A stretch of DNA of 64,000 nucleotides from Octopus vulgaris (lineage: Eukaryota), in NCBI GenBank assembly GCA_951406725.2, contig OX597815.1, forward strand, positions 63,860,001-63,924,000, read 5' to 3'. The position numbers and the translations under genes are program-made. Shown piece after piece: positions 12,977-27,547 of this stretch. How positions within the stretch are numbered: the first letter of the stretch is position 1; the number at the start of each line of letters is the position of its first letter. The notes under the pieces are model-generated. The model was not told the DNA's origin and did no database searches. It saw only the letters and a program-made list of their open reading frames with translations.

Positions 12977-13379
12977 ATGAAAATAGTAATGCAATACGAG
13001 AGTATTGCTTTCCAGTAAAGGATAGCCCGTAAGGGTAAAATTATACATATAAAAGTAAATAAATGGCACAACGAAGCACCGATATTTACTGGAAAATAGC
13101 GAACGTAATAAATACGACGCTAATGTATAGCTTCACTGCGTATGTACTAGTAAAGACGCGTGTGTGCAACAAACATGAAAAAAATTGTCTTACCTCTAGG
13201 AAGAACATCTGAAAAATGAAAAACCTAGAAACGGATAATGCAGGACCGGTTTCAAACTCTCCAAAATACGTCTGCCAACGTATATTTGACTTGTCACCAT
13301 CAGCTGCATAAACCTCAACAACATTTCAAATGTTGCCACATCCATGCCAGTACACTCGTCTGAACGCGAAAGCGTTAAC

Positions 13380-13452
<73 letters not shown>

Positions 13453-13506
13453 TGTATATATATATATATATACATACATATAAATATGCATATATATAAT
13501 ATATGT

Positions 13507-13578
<72 letters not shown>

Positions 13579-13753
13579 GCTTAGTAAAATAAATTACTTT
13601 GCCACATACTGAACTCATTAGAAATAGCAGCTAAAGAAATTTCTTCAGCTATTTCTAATACTTAAAGAAGATCTCTCTCAGATAGTGTTTGCCTAAACCA
13701 ACTCACAAAAGTATGGGGGAAAAAACATTAAAAAATCAAGTGCAAAGGTTATT

Positions 13754-13805
13754 TGAGAACGTACGTTTCTAGATTAGTCAATTCGACATTTCTTTCTTCA
13801 GCTCA
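13754..13805 (-). ncRNA. Type I hammerhead ribozyme (left arm)
   Basis: UGAG-CUGAAGA-aagaaauGUCgaauuGACuaaucua-GAAA-CGUACG-UU-CUCA. Confidence 0.7.
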
Positions 13806-14099
13806 GAAGAAATTCCTTGAATCGGATTTGGGAACACTGAAAGTCGGGAGCATACCCTTTCGGCTTCTAATCACCTCTAGAATTCTGCTCGAACTAAAAG
13901 TGCTATCAAATTCGAATATGCAAGCGAAGAATTTCTGTCAATTTTAACCCACGCTGGTGGAAAGGGGAGAGCAGAAATTCTTCGCTTGCATATTCGAATT
14001 TGATAGCACTTTTAGTTCGAGCAGAATTCTAGAGGTGATTAGAAGCCGAAAGGGTATGCTCCCGACTTTCAGTGTTCCCAAATCCGATTCAAGGAATTC

Positions 14100-14150
14100 T
14101 GAGCTGAAGAAGAAATGTCGAATTGACTAATCTAGAAACGTACGTTCTCA
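14100..14150 (+). ncRNA. Type I hammerhead ribozyme (right arm)
   Basis: tgag-ctgaaga-agaaatgtcgaattgactaatcta-gaaa-cgtacg-tt-ctca. Confidence 0.7.
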
Positions 14151-14431
14151 AATAACCTTTGCACTTGATTTTTTAATGTTTTTTCCCCCATACTTTTGTG
14201 AGTTGGTTTAGGCAAACACTATCTGAGAGAGATCTTCTTTAAGTATTAGAAATAGCTGAAGAAATTTCTTTAGCTGCTATTTCTAATGAGTTCAGTATGT
14301 GGCAAAGTAATTTATTTTACTAAGCCCTTATATATAATGTAATATTTTGAATTCGCCTATAATGGTCCCTTTACATACTGAATACTTGGTGAAATTGATT
14401 AATAATTAATTAATTTTACCCTCAATTGTTG

Positions 14432-14476
<45 letters not shown>

Positions 14477-16062
14477 CGTCATAAATTATAATGGATAGCT
14501 TAATTTTTTGCTTCAATATATATTTTATGCATAACAGGAATTGGTAAGACTGAAATAACATTTAAATATTAGTAATCCTAAATGTGAGAAGAATTTTAAA
14601 ATGAAAATACATTTTGTTTTTGATTTGTGGAAAAAAATGTTTACAGGTTTATAAATCACTTTCGATCGTTTTGATCTTGGAACTAGTCTAGAAATTAAAA
14701 ATCTATATTTTAGGATGAAAACTTAGACTAAAACAACGTTAATATGAAACGACTACTAAAGGAAACAACGAAAAGAAGTTAATGAACAAGAAAAGACAAA
14801 GATGGAAAGGGTGTTAAATGTATAAGTTTAGAGAGTAACTGCCAAAATCATGGAAGTTTCAAGTTCATATTAAAGGGGAGTAATTTTAATGTGAATACAG
14901 GAGATAAGGGACGTGCGAAGGTAAAAAGTATTTTAAAAATATACACGTTAGAAAAGAAGTTTGTTGAAAAAAAAATGAAATTTTGTTAAACAAAGAGCCT
15001 TGAGAAAAAAAGAAAACATTTGTGAGGAGGAAACATATATTTGAACGACATTATGTAGAAATATTTTAGAAAAATAAGAGAACTTTAATTTAAAATTTAT
15101 TATAACTTAAGAATGTTTGAAGCTACTGTTAGAGTAGGTAAAATATTATATAAAATCTTCTGTTTCTGGGAACAGATGCTAAGTGAGAAACGGAAAACAA
15201 AAGTATTTGTAGAAAATGCATTAAAACAGATGGATTCAGCTTACGTAAAAATTTTCGGTAGCTTCAATGATTCTAGATCCACTTGCAGAGCGAAATGTCA
15301 TTTTAGCTCTGAGTCGGTTACAGAACGTCTAACACTGTTAAGTGAAGCTTAACTTGAAAGGATTAGAAGTTGGATTGAATTACGTACTAAATGAAAGGTT
15401 GGTCCGTACAGTCGGCAATCAAGGATATTCTTTATTGTTCGTTATACAGTTTGAATTTTAATGGACAATTATTAGATTAGCGGTGATTGTGATTGTGAAG
15501 TGATTGTAGACTCAGTTGATAGGTGGTAGGCAAAGTTGGGTATACTTGAGTAAGATATTTTATTAAAATTGTTCTCGAAAATTTCATATTTGCGTTGTGG
15601 TGTGAAATGATTCTCATGTATTACAAAAATATTTCGCACTGGCCGTGCTGAAAGCAAGCGTAAGCGTAGATTTGAACGAATTCATATTTTTGATTTCTGT
15701 ATTTATTTCAGTGGTTGAGCGACATTTTAACACTCCCCGATGAACCTGATCTTTTCAAACCCACTTCCAGATACAAAAATTAAACTGCAAGATCTGCGAA
15801 TATAATGCTTTTTTTTTTCTTTCTCATTATTCACGTCATTTTGAAGTCCATGCTGATATTCCAGTCCGTAGCTCAGAGGTGACTGAAATGATCAAAACAG
15901 GCTTTTTACTCTGTAAGCAATTATTGAAATACATTTATATATTCAGCTCTAATCAGCTATTGAGCACTTTCTTAGAACATGAATGACCTTATCCTTCAAA
16001 AAACACAACCTACGCTCATGCGCACAGACGCACACTCAGGAATATGTACACACACACATATA

Positions 16063-16206
<144 letters not shown>

Positions 16207-16500
16207 GATAGATAGATAGATAGATAGATTCGTATGCATATGTATGAGAAATACCACCCCAACAAGATGAAAAAGACTAAAAACAATATCAGAAGGAGGG
16301 AATATAAAGAAAATAAAAGAATATAAAAAATAAACCAAAGAAAACAATATTTGCACAACCAGAACAAACAGCAGCCAACAAACACGAACACAAGTACACG
16401 TATATTATGGACACACACATACACACACACGCATACACATACACACACGCGCTTAAACATATATACACATATGATGATATATATATAGAGATAGATAGAT

Positions 16501-16542
<42 letters not shown>

Positions 16543-16582
16543 TGCTAAATAGATACATAATACATATATATATATATATATG

Positions 16583-16632
<50 letters not shown>

Positions 16633-16944
16633 AGCACGTATGTAAGTATGTATGTATATCTATATGTGTTTGTATAAGCAGAAAAGCAATAACGTATAAA
16701 AAGAAAACAAACTAAAAACAATAAAGAAATTTTTTTTAAATGCACAAAACCAATAACGATAAGACAACAACAAAAACAAAAACAGGATTAATAAGGGTAA
16801 CAATGTGAAACACAATAGCGATCTCTCTCTCTCTCTCTGTTTCTGACTCCCTCTCTCGCTTTCTCTTTCTCTCTCTCTCGTATTACACACACAAACAGAT
16901 ACACAGACACATACATATATGTATACATAATATATATATATAGA

Positions 16945-16982
<38 letters not shown>

Positions 16983-17110
16983 ATAATGTCCTTACATAGT
17001 TATACAAACCACACAGTACTTATATGTGTATATACATATATATATAGGTATATATATATACGCATGCATATATATATATATATATATGTGTCTATGTATA
17101 TATGTATATA

Positions 17111-17153
<43 letters not shown>

Positions 17154-17160
17154 ATATATA

Positions 17161-17223
<63 letters not shown>

Positions 17224-17591
17224 GCACACATACATATATGCAGTGAGAAGGGAAAGAAAAAAGAGAGAGAGAGAAAATATGAAGAAAAACTCTAGCGAAG
17301 CCGAAAACAGATTCTGGCTCATTCTGCTCAACCTTTCCTTAGAGCGCCGCTGCCCAACCCCACCACTTCCATACCTTCACATTCCGCAATAAAAGAGCAA
17401 ATTGAAAAAACATTCCTTGAATGTCACAACCGCACACATTACAAACACATACACACACACACGCACACACATACACACACACAGACGCGCGCGCACACAA
17501 ACGCAACTATAATATACATCCACATAAATCACACGCAAGCATACTTACACACATGTATAATCGAAATATAAAAGAACAGCTTCAAAGACAT

Positions 17592-17677
<86 letters not shown>

Positions 17678-17883
17678 ACACACACGCACACACACACACT
17701 TACATAGATACATACATACATACTTACATAGATACTATATGCATGCACATATATATATATATAATTCCATACATATATATATGTATGTGTGTGTATGTGC
17801 GCGTGCGCATGTACGTGTGTGTGTCTGTGTGTATACATATATATATATATATTTATATATATATATATATACGTATATGTATG

Positions 17884-17949
<66 letters not shown>

Positions 17950-18201
17950 TGTGTGTGTGTGTGTACATGTAGATATATGCGCCATTTACTGGCACACTTC
18001 CATATTTTGCAGCTTGTAAACACAGGGCTACCACACATACACAACTCTACGCGCACTTTCTCTCTCACACACAAATGTCGTATCATGTGTTTGTAATATA
18101 TATATTCATATAAACTTACTTGGTAATATATGTGTGAATATATATATATATATATATACGCACACACACACATTTATATATGCATACGTATGTATGTAAA
18201 T

Positions 18202-18652
18202 GTACAGGAGTGGCTGTGTGGTATGAAGCTTGCTTCCCAACTACATTCCAGGTTCAGTCCCACTGCGTGGCACCTTGGGCAAGTGTCTTCTACTATAGCC
18301 TCGGGCAGACCAAAGCCTTGTGAGTGGATTTGGTAGACGGAAACTGAAAGCCGCCCGTCGTATATATACATGTATGTATGTATGTATGTATGTATGTATG
18401 TATGTATGTATGTATGTATGTATGTATGTATGTATGTATGTGTTCGTTGTTTGTGTCTATGTTTGTCGCCGCACCATCGCTTGAGAACTGAGGTTGGTGT
18501 GTTTACGTCCCCGTAACTTAGAGGTTCAGCACAAGATATCGATAGAATAAGTACTAGACTTACAAAGAATAAGTCCTAGGGTCGATTTATTCGACTAAAG
18601 GTGGTGCTCCAGCATGGCCGCAATCAAATGACTGAAACAAGTAAAAAAAAAA
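18202..18652 (+). mobile_element. Near full-length SINE family B (tRNA head, CORE-like domain, internal microsatellite, LINE-like tail)
   Basis: tggctgtgtggta..ggttcagtcccactgcgtggcaccttgggcaagtgtctt..(TATG)n..ggtgctccagcatggccgcaatcaaatgactgaaacaag. Confidence 0.9.
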
Positions 18653-18677
18653 GGAATATGTGTTTGTGTGTGTATGT

Positions 18678-18866
18678 GAAGGCGCGTAACCTAGTGGTTA
18701 GCCTGTTGCGCTCACGTTCATTTCACGTTGCTCCAGTCAGTGGAGATCGTTGGCCTGCTCGCCTTGCTAGCGGGGTGACGTCATTTGAAGGCTAAAAGAA
18801 TGCAAAAACGCATTATAACTAGCGATGTGCAACAACATCTAAAAGCCTGGTCGGTCACGTGATCAC
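18678..18866 (+). mobile_element. Internally deleted SINE; tail shared with 54685-54795
   Basis: aggcgcg..ctagtggttag head; ggcctgctcgc..gcggggtg.cgtcatt.gaaggctaaaa tail. Confidence 0.65.
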
Positions 18867-19640
18867 ACACACATACACCCACACACACATACACACTCAC
18901 ACACACACATATATATAGACGTGGCTGTGTGATAAACCGCTTCCCCATCATATGGTTATGGGTTGGATCTTTGTGGTTTTCGTCACTGTTTATAATTATC
19001 TTTTAAAAAAATGATTTTAATGTATCATAAAGATGTAACTTTTGACGCTGAATCCGAATTTGTTATTCAAGAAATTTTTTGCAAAAATGTAACAAATGTT
19101 CAAAGTTTGATAATTTTCAGAATTTTCAACCAATTAGAAAACAGCGCGTTCGCTGCCTCTTCCATCATCAGAAGTAGGGCATCGGTATGTCAAAACATTG
19201 CTAGAAATAACAGTCAAAACATTAAAATATACACGAATGGAGTTGGAGTTGCTAGAAATAACAGTCAAAACAGAGTTTTTCACCACTGTGATGTGTAAAA
19301 GACTCACTTCTGAGTGGCTAAAATAGCCAAAGTTTGCAAATTTTAATGGCTGATAACTTTATAATTATAGATTTATTGGAAAAATGAATTTCATTTTCAT
19401 AATTAGTATATAAAACTTAATCCATATACCAAATTTGAAAACAGTTGGAACAAAATTGTAAACAGTATCGAAAGCTACAAAGATCCTGTGGGTTCAGTCC
19501 CATTGCGTTACACCTTGGGCAAGAGTCTATCAAGTGTCTTTGATAGGCCCCGGGCCTATCAAAGCTTTGTGAGTGGATTTGGTAGAATGAAAATACGGCT
19601 TCCTTGCATTTTTGTATATATAGATATATGTTCGTTTTAG

Positions 19641-19720
<80 letters not shown>

Positions 19721-20541
19721 AAGACAGACATAGATACTTCCTTGTAGGGCTGTCAACATTCGTTGAAGCGATCTGTCAGGATACTAGCTCACTCATTTTT
19801 TCTATGCATTAGTAGCACAGAAATTATGCATTTTTATTTTAATATAACCTAACGTTGTGTCTTGAAATGCCTAAATATATTTAATTTCAGTTAAAAAATA
19901 ACTTTTTAAGACTATTTTTCATGTCTTCCCATAACCTGTAATAAGAAGAGTAAATACGTAGAAATAGGAAATAAACGCTTTTAAGATGTTTTTTTTCTTC
20001 TAAAATAGTTATTTTTAATGTAGCATAGTAAAAATAAAATTAGATACGTTACAAAATGCTTTTGGAATAAAGTCTTTTTTTTAAACTGTAAATAAATTGT
20101 TTTTAAAGCCCATTTTTATATTTATCGCCAGAATATTTCCAAATTCGATATATTGAGTATTCGGTACTTTAAGCTTTCAACATTCTGACTTGTTGGTCGC
20201 TTGAAATTAACCTTCTCACGTTCGGCTTATTCATATTTAGCCGAACGTGTTATTCCGACTCTTCAAAAAATGCTGATGTCAATGGTAAACAGTTGCAATC
20301 CTGCAGGTATGTCATTATAAACAAAAGAATAATCCTATCGGCACCGTTTACATAAAATGATAGCAACAAGCAGTTCATCAAAATGATGAGACCACGACGG
20401 ATCGAAATCCTTGCTGAGTCGAGAAATTTTTTTAAAACAAAGATCCCTTAAAGGACGAAAAATTATGTAAAATTTCCTCAAAAACATAAATAAAAAAAGG
20501 TTGTTTCCAATCTTTCACTCACACAACTCTGTCTATCCTTC

Positions 20542-20599
<58 letters not shown>

Positions 20600-23589
20600 G
20601 CACAAATATAAAAACACTCATACACACGCACACTCACGCATACACAAAACGTTTATATACTTTCATTTAAGATTTTGTCCTACGATCGTTTTAGATTACA
20701 TGGTATTATCAATTGTCTCTTGATAATAACCTTGCATGTCGAAACGATCGCTGATGCAAGTCTTAAATAAAGAATATACAACTCAACATCTGTATGTATT
20801 GAGTAACAAGCCTGAAAGTAATTCACTTCGACAAGATTGAATACAACGAAGATAATATGTGTATATCTGTATATGCGTGTAGGCGTGTAGGCGCGAGCAT
20901 GTATAAAAAAGAACGTGAATAACAACTAAAAATATTTTTTTTCACAGTTCTTCACCCGAGTTTCATGTTACCGATTTTCAGTACGACCAAAATTTACAAT
21001 AATATGCAATTTGGTTGAAACTAGTTTTATATATGTAATGATTCTACGATTCAAAAGTCTTCAGTATTAAATTTAAGATGTAAAAATATGACTATTATTG
21101 TAAATACTAGGAAGTTTTTATTTTATAAGACGGTCATTCGGATCAAACGAACTGGTGATGAGCTATTTCCTGTTGTTATGGGATAGGGTTATAGAGTTAT
21201 ACACATACACACACTAATATTCATACATACGTTCATACATACAGACACACACACGCATACGCGCACGCACACGCATACATATATGTATATGTGTGCGTGT
21301 GTGCGCGCGCGCGTGTGAATGTGTGTCTAAGTTACATCTCACTCATTGATGTTTTGTTACTTTTCTGCAACATAAGCAACCTTCAGTTTGATAAATTCAG
21401 CAAAGTATTTCCTAGCATCTGTAAAGAGTATAAATTCAGATTTAAAATTGATCTATTATCGGTATACATGAAAGTTTATTTATTGTTAGACTTAATTACA
21501 GATAAGCACTGTCCTTAAAAGAATATAAATGAATTTATTAATAAATTACAAACTTTCGTACATTCTGCATTTCATCACGCGAAGTCGTCATTATCTTATT
21601 ACAGCAACAGCCTGAAATAGAGTGGATTCCACTAAGAAAGACAACATATTCCTAACCTAAAACAGTTGTGAAAATTTAATATTTTTTTATACAGTTCTCT
21701 TTTCAGCTCGTGTTTGCTAACTGAAATAGCAAAAACCTTTCAAAATCCTATATAGTGTTTACAGCTACCATAAGACCATTTAATAATAATTCAGTGAAAG
21801 TTAGTTATAGTTGTATCTATAATTTATAAACAATTTCATCTCCGATATTAATCTAAAAATATATAGTCACGATCTTCCTTTATATTCTCAGCACCAAAGT
21901 AATCGCGCCAGCATTTGCTTATGCCTACCTGGTGTTACATACGTAAGAACTTCGTATAATATACTAAAGTGCATTTGGCAGAACCCAATTAACTGTCGGA
22001 ACGTACTTTTAAGAGGCGGTGCACCTAACCTACCTATTTTTTTAGATACCGGCATAAAAGAAATACTACTTCTTTATCGTAATGTGTCAGGTGACTGAAA
22101 TATAGTGATATTGGAATATCTAAGATACGTTACAATGTTCAGTTATATGAAGCCCTATTCTGGACGATGTGACTCTCGCTGCCTGTGCACTTTGAGAAAT
22201 ATCTCCATGCAACTTGTTCAACTTTAAAAAAAAAAACCCCACTTATTTCGAAATATGGCCACAAAAATAATTACATTTTACAAAACTTTATTCTACCTAT
22301 TGGTGAAATTCCTTTGAAATGTTTGAAAACTTATTTAAAGTCCTTTGAAGTACTTCAATTATTTTTCCAACCTAACTCACATCTTCTTGTCAAACTCTTG
22401 CTGTAAGCTATTGTTCAAAAGTATTTCTTACAAAATCTACATATTCTGGTAATTATGAATCTATTTTGAATAAATGGAATAAGAACTTTTTGAATCTGAC
22501 TTGTTCATTGAATTTGTATTTCCTTTTATTTCGTGTACTGTTAGGATTTATGCTCCAGCCCCGCATTATATTCTTTCCTCCCACTCTTTTAACTCTAATT
22601 TTCTTTCTTCCCTTTTTAACCTTGATTTCTCTCTTCCTGTTTCCTATCATTTTTTAACTCACGTGTATGAATATGTTTCTCTCTGCCTCGTATGTGCATT
22701 CACATATTCCGTCTCTATTTTATTCTCTGAAGCCTTAAAAAAAGACCCCCTCTTTCTCCTCACGACTTCTCTGCGCGATATATATATTTCTTTTTCTACC
22801 CCATATTTTCTGTACTTTTACACTGGCCATCACGGAACAACGTAACCACAAGTTCTTATTTTAACCATCTGTATTTATCGAACCACTAACGTATGTGGCA
22901 TAAAAGGACAGGTGCAAACATAAACACAGACATATTTATGCGTATAGGCACACGTGTGTGTGTGTACATGCACATGGAGGCATGTACTTGTGTGACATTA
23001 TCTTGGAAGTGCGCGGTAGTTGTAAATGAGCATCACCGTCATACAAGTGATGCCTTTCAGTTCTAATCTTCCGTAAAGATGTCTATCTACGAACAAATAT
23101 TACCTTGCACAGAAACTGGTCAGTAATGGCAACAAAAAGGGTATCCGGTAGCAAAAATCTGCCTTCACCGAATTTAGTCTGACCTATGCAAGCATGGAAA
23201 AGTGGGTGTCAAATGGAGAATGGGGTAAAAAACGTGACATATATGTGTACACGCGCACAAACACACATACACACAAATATACATATGTATTATATTATAT
23301 ATATTTTTTCTGGGCGTGGTGTCCATTCCGTCATTTGCTATTCCATTTATCATCCTTTCTTCAAACATACGTCTTTAGACTTCAGAAGCACACCAGTCTG
23401 GAAAAGAAAGATTTAGAAACTTAAAGATCCTTTGAATAGTCTGAGAGTTAGAAACATGAAACTCTGAGTAGTAGCTTTTTTGTGATGTTTTTGCTGCTTT
23501 AATAAAAAAAAAAGCGTATTACTCTACCTCCGGTATTCAAGTATGATTTTTTTTCGACCTTGTTTTGCATTTATGTGCTTACTTTTGTA

Positions 23590-23641
<52 letters not shown>

Positions 23642-23695
23642 GGTCCCGGGTTGAGTCGGGGTTAACCACAGTAAATAAGGTACTCAATACATATC

Positions 23696-23746
23696 AGCTT
23701 CCTGATGATTTCTTTTGAATGAAACAGTTCTAGTCCTGTAGAAGCT
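23696..23746 (+). ncRNA. Type I hammerhead ribozyme with a full stem III
   Basis: AGCUUC-CUGAUGA-uUUC uuuu GAAu-GAAA-CAG uucuaguc CUG-UA-GAAGCU; canonical core, 6-bp stem I, GUA triplet. Confidence 0.8.
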
Positions 23747-23990
23747 CCTTCTATAAAATAAATATATATATATATATATATAATTTATGGGAGTAACTGT
23801 CTTTGAAGACTCATATTGACGTTGAATGCTCGAAATGAGGAGTTGATAGACAGCCGACAACTGATGAAGGGTCTTTTTTTGTGTTTGCTTGTCCTATTTT
23901 GTATTTTTTCTCGTTGTTTACTATTTAACTCGTTTGTTTACGTATTTCATGGTATTTGCACCGTTGGTGATGTCCTGTACTCGTATATGC

Positions 23991-24029
<39 letters not shown>

Positions 24030-24163
24030 TATTCACTATTATATATATATATATATGTATTCATTTATGCGTTTCAGCCTTGTTGCCACGGTCACGCAGT
24101 CACGTGATATTAAGAAAAATCATAGCACTGGATGTTAGGTAGGTAATTAGTTAGCTAGTTAAT

Positions 24164-24261
<98 letters not shown>

Positions 24262-24379
24262 TGAGAGTGATACAGAGAACTGGAAGTCTCAAGAAGGAAG
24301 AATTGATAAATCTAAGAAGAAAAAGGAAACACAGAAGGAGAAAGATAGAGACAGTGAAAGAGAGAAAGAAGTTAAAAGT

Positions 24380-24423
<44 letters not shown>

Positions 24424-24494
24424 GTACGTTTGTCAGCGAGTAGAGAGACTAGACGTGAAAATGGAAATATTTAGAGAGGAAGAAGTGTAAAGTG

Positions 24495-24620
24495 GTGTGC
24501 GGTGGGGCGATGAGTTAGCGCCATCTTGTCGTCTGTGGTTGAAGCGGAAGAATTTCAGATCGAGGCTGCGTCTTTCCGGCGGCGTTCCCTGTTAAACGAA
24601 GATAAATTAATTAGTAAGGA
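24495..24620 (+). promoter_or_regulatory. Candidate housekeeping-type promoter, non-coding first exon and donor
   Basis: CpG-rich unique island with a YY1-type gcgccatcttg (24518), ETS-type gcggaag and ttccgg, possible donor gtaagg (24614), and strong G-skew downstream. Confidence 0.45.
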
Positions 24621-25199
24621 ACTTTAGGGAGAGAGATACGGCCGACTGGTTGGGGTGATGGATGGGTAGGCAGCGAATGGCGGTGAGGAGAGGGGGTGCA
24701 GACAGTTGTGGGGTGGGTAGTGGGTTGAGGAGGCGGAAAAGCGTGTGAAGAGGAGGGGTGGTTATGGTAATGGCGCTAGTGAGAGGAGAAGGAGCGTGTG
24801 TTGTGGTGTGGCAGGGTATTCCGGCATAAAAGGGGGCGATGAGGAAGGAGGTGGGTTGTTTGGCGGTTATGGGGGTGGAGGTGAATGTGAATGGAAGGGT
24901 CAGACGGAAGAGCGGGACGCAAAGGAAGTTGGGTAACGGTGGTGGAATGAGTTGTGTTTGGCAGCGACTGGTAGAGGCGGTGGCTGTGAGGAGGGGTGGG
25001 AAACAAGAAGATTGGTGGCGGAGTGAGTGGTGTAGAAGAACCAGAATGGAGAAATGGGAGCGGTGGAGGATGATGGAGGACTGGACAGACTGAAATACTG
25101 GTGGTGGGGATGGTGATGGTGGTGGGGATGAATAAGGAGTGAGGAAGGGGTTACCAAAACGGAAAGATTGGGGTAAGTGCTGTGGCGAAGAGTGGTAGG

Positions 25200-26078
25200 A
25201 GGACTTAGGAAGAGTAGAGGTAGCATTGAGATGGTGGTGATGGTGGTGATAGAGGTGGTGGTAGTGATGGTGGTGATGATGGCGGTGGTAGTGGTGGTGG
25301 TAGAGTTAGGCTGGTAGAGAAAATGGTGCTAACTGTGGAAATATTGGTAAGGATGGAACAAAAAGGAAGAAAAGATAGATGAAGATAAAGAAGAAACCGA
25401 AAAAGAACGAAGGAGTTTTGTAATATGGAGGATAGATAGGGGCAAGAGGAGAATGTACAGAGATGTGTGACGGGGTTAGGGTTGAGGTAGTTTAGTAGAA
25501 TGTTGAGGGAGGGGGAACGAGTGTATGAGGAAAGGGGGGGCTGACCATCGTTACGGATTGCGGTGGGAGGACGGGTGTGGAGACTTACGGTAGACAGTAA
25601 TAATTGTTGGTGGAGTTGGTGGTGGGTTTTAATGGTGAGGGGCAGCTACTCGAGAGGTTTTGACGTTACGGGGGTGTGGAGGATGGTATGTGCAAGGAGG
25701 TGAAGATGGAAATGATTGGGGGAGGGGTTTGAAGAACGGTAAAAGGGTAGGAAGGAGACGTGAGAAGAGTGTGATGGGATGTGGAGTTAGTGGTGTTGTG
25801 GAGGTGACGCGATGTGAGGGGGTGGGGCAAGGAAATAAATGAAGTAAAAAAAAAATAAGTAAAAACCTCATTTCTGACAGATGTGATGACGTGACGACAG
25901 TGTTTGGCTGGTTGGCTGGTTGGCTGGATGGCTTTGGAGAGGGGAGCCGGGTGGAAAGGTGGTGTGAGTGATAAAGATGGTAGTGGTAGTTGTGGCGACG
26001 GTGATGACAATGGTACTACTACTGATGATGATGATGATGATGATGATGACGATGGTGGTGTTGATTGTGGTATTGGTG

Positions 26079-26110
<32 letters not shown>

Positions 26111-26482
26111 CGTCGTCGTCGTCGTGGAGGTGGTGGTGATGGTGGCGATGGTGTTAGTGGTGGTGGTAGGGGTGTTGGTGGTGTTGGTGGTGGTGCTAAT
26201 GATTGTTGTAGTTGAGGTAGTGGTGATGTAGTTGCGTTGATAGTGATGTTGGTAATGGTGGTGGCGTTGTTGAGGTGGTTTGTATGGTGTTTGTGAAAGT
26301 AGTGGCGGTAGTAGTGTTAGTGATGGTAATAGAAGAGGTGGCAGTCGCTGTGGTGATAGTACTGATAAGGGTGATGGTGACAGTGGTAGTACTGGTGGTA
26401 GTTACAAGCAATAGTAGTGGTATTAGTTGCGATGCCAGTAGATAATGGCAGTTCTAACGTTGATGACAGTAGCAGTGGTGTC

Positions 26483-26513
<31 letters not shown>

Positions 26514-26520
26514 CTTTGGA
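25200..26520. repeat. G-rich / (GGT,GAT,GTT)n low-complexity tract
   Basis: Degenerate trinucleotide runs. Confidence 0.8.
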
Positions 26521-26692
26521 GCAGCCATCATGGCTGTGAAAGTTGAGATTAATGCAATTGTGTTTCGTCTTTCGCCGAATTCATCACCAAAGACATTCCA
26601 ACCGTGACTGTAACATTTTATTAGATGGTGTCTAAAACTATATTTAATATGTTTTATTCCGTTGATTCATTTAATGAGGAAGATTTGGTTGC

Positions 26693-26898
26693 TACGCCGG
26701 GCGAAATGCGTAGCCGTATTTCATCTGCCGTTACGTTCTGAGTTCAAATTCCGCCGAGGTCGACTTTGCCTTTCATCCTTTCGGGGTCGATAAATTAAGT
26801 AGCAGTTACGCACTGGAGTCGATATAATCAACTTAATTCGTTTGTCTATCCTTGTTTGTCACCTCTATGTTCAGCCCCTTGTGGGTAATAAAGAAACA
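26693..26898 (+). mobile_element. SINE family A
   Basis: Near-identical to 5360-5530 with a longer head. Confidence 0.85.
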
Positions 26899-27477
26899 TA
26901 TTTGTAACAGGTCATGTGATCACGTGCAAGCTCACCCATTGGCTCATGCTTCTAGCCAGTCACATACGCAATACGCTCGGTAATACTTCACCAGTAGATT
27001 TTTTTTTCTTTTCAGTCACATTTCAATTCGTTGACATAGATTAAAATTTCAAGGGTTGTCTCCCCTGCTATTTTTACGGCTGAATTTCTCAATAAGACAT
27101 TTATTCTTGCCTCACTATTGATGCAATAGAAAAAAATTGAAATGTCTCCTTTCACTAAATTGTATACTTTAGTAGTGCCTTGCTATATCATATTGATGCA
27201 GAGCATGTACCTGAATATGTTTCTCTGTTCATTTAATTGATCACATTGTCCAGTATTAATTTTGAATATGTGTGTGTGTATGCAAGCGCGCGTGCGAATG
27301 CCGTGACCTAGCAGAATCGTTAGCACGAGGTGGACAGTGTGCCTAACAGCATTTCGTTCATCTTTACGTTTTGAGTTCAAACTCCGTTGCGGTGAACTTT
27401 ACCTTTCATCCTTTCGGGATCGCAAAAAAAAGTTTAAAAAAAAGTACCAGTTGGCTTTGTGCCAAAATTTTAAATCA

Positions 27478-27547
<70 letters not shown>

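Larger units (their letters stand above)
13575..14435. mobile_element. Palindromic Penelope-like pLTR element (~360-bp near-perfect arms, 34-nt spacer)
   Basis: 13575-13937 is the reverse complement of 13972-14329 with two small indels; the right arm continues to (TA)n at ~14436. Confidence 0.9.

Noticed and set aside
18202-18275. tRNA-like A/B boxes in SINE heads, considered as tRNA genes
   Set aside because: They continue into SINE bodies and do not form a full cloverleaf
23796-23853. Possible further HHR (ctgtc..ttgaaga..atgctcgaaat..ta-gacag)
   Set aside because: Stem I is present, but stems II and III do not pair and the core register is off; at best a decayed relic
25472-25487. Telomere-like ggggttagggttgagg
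   Set aside because: Only one exact TTAGGG unit within a G-rich tract
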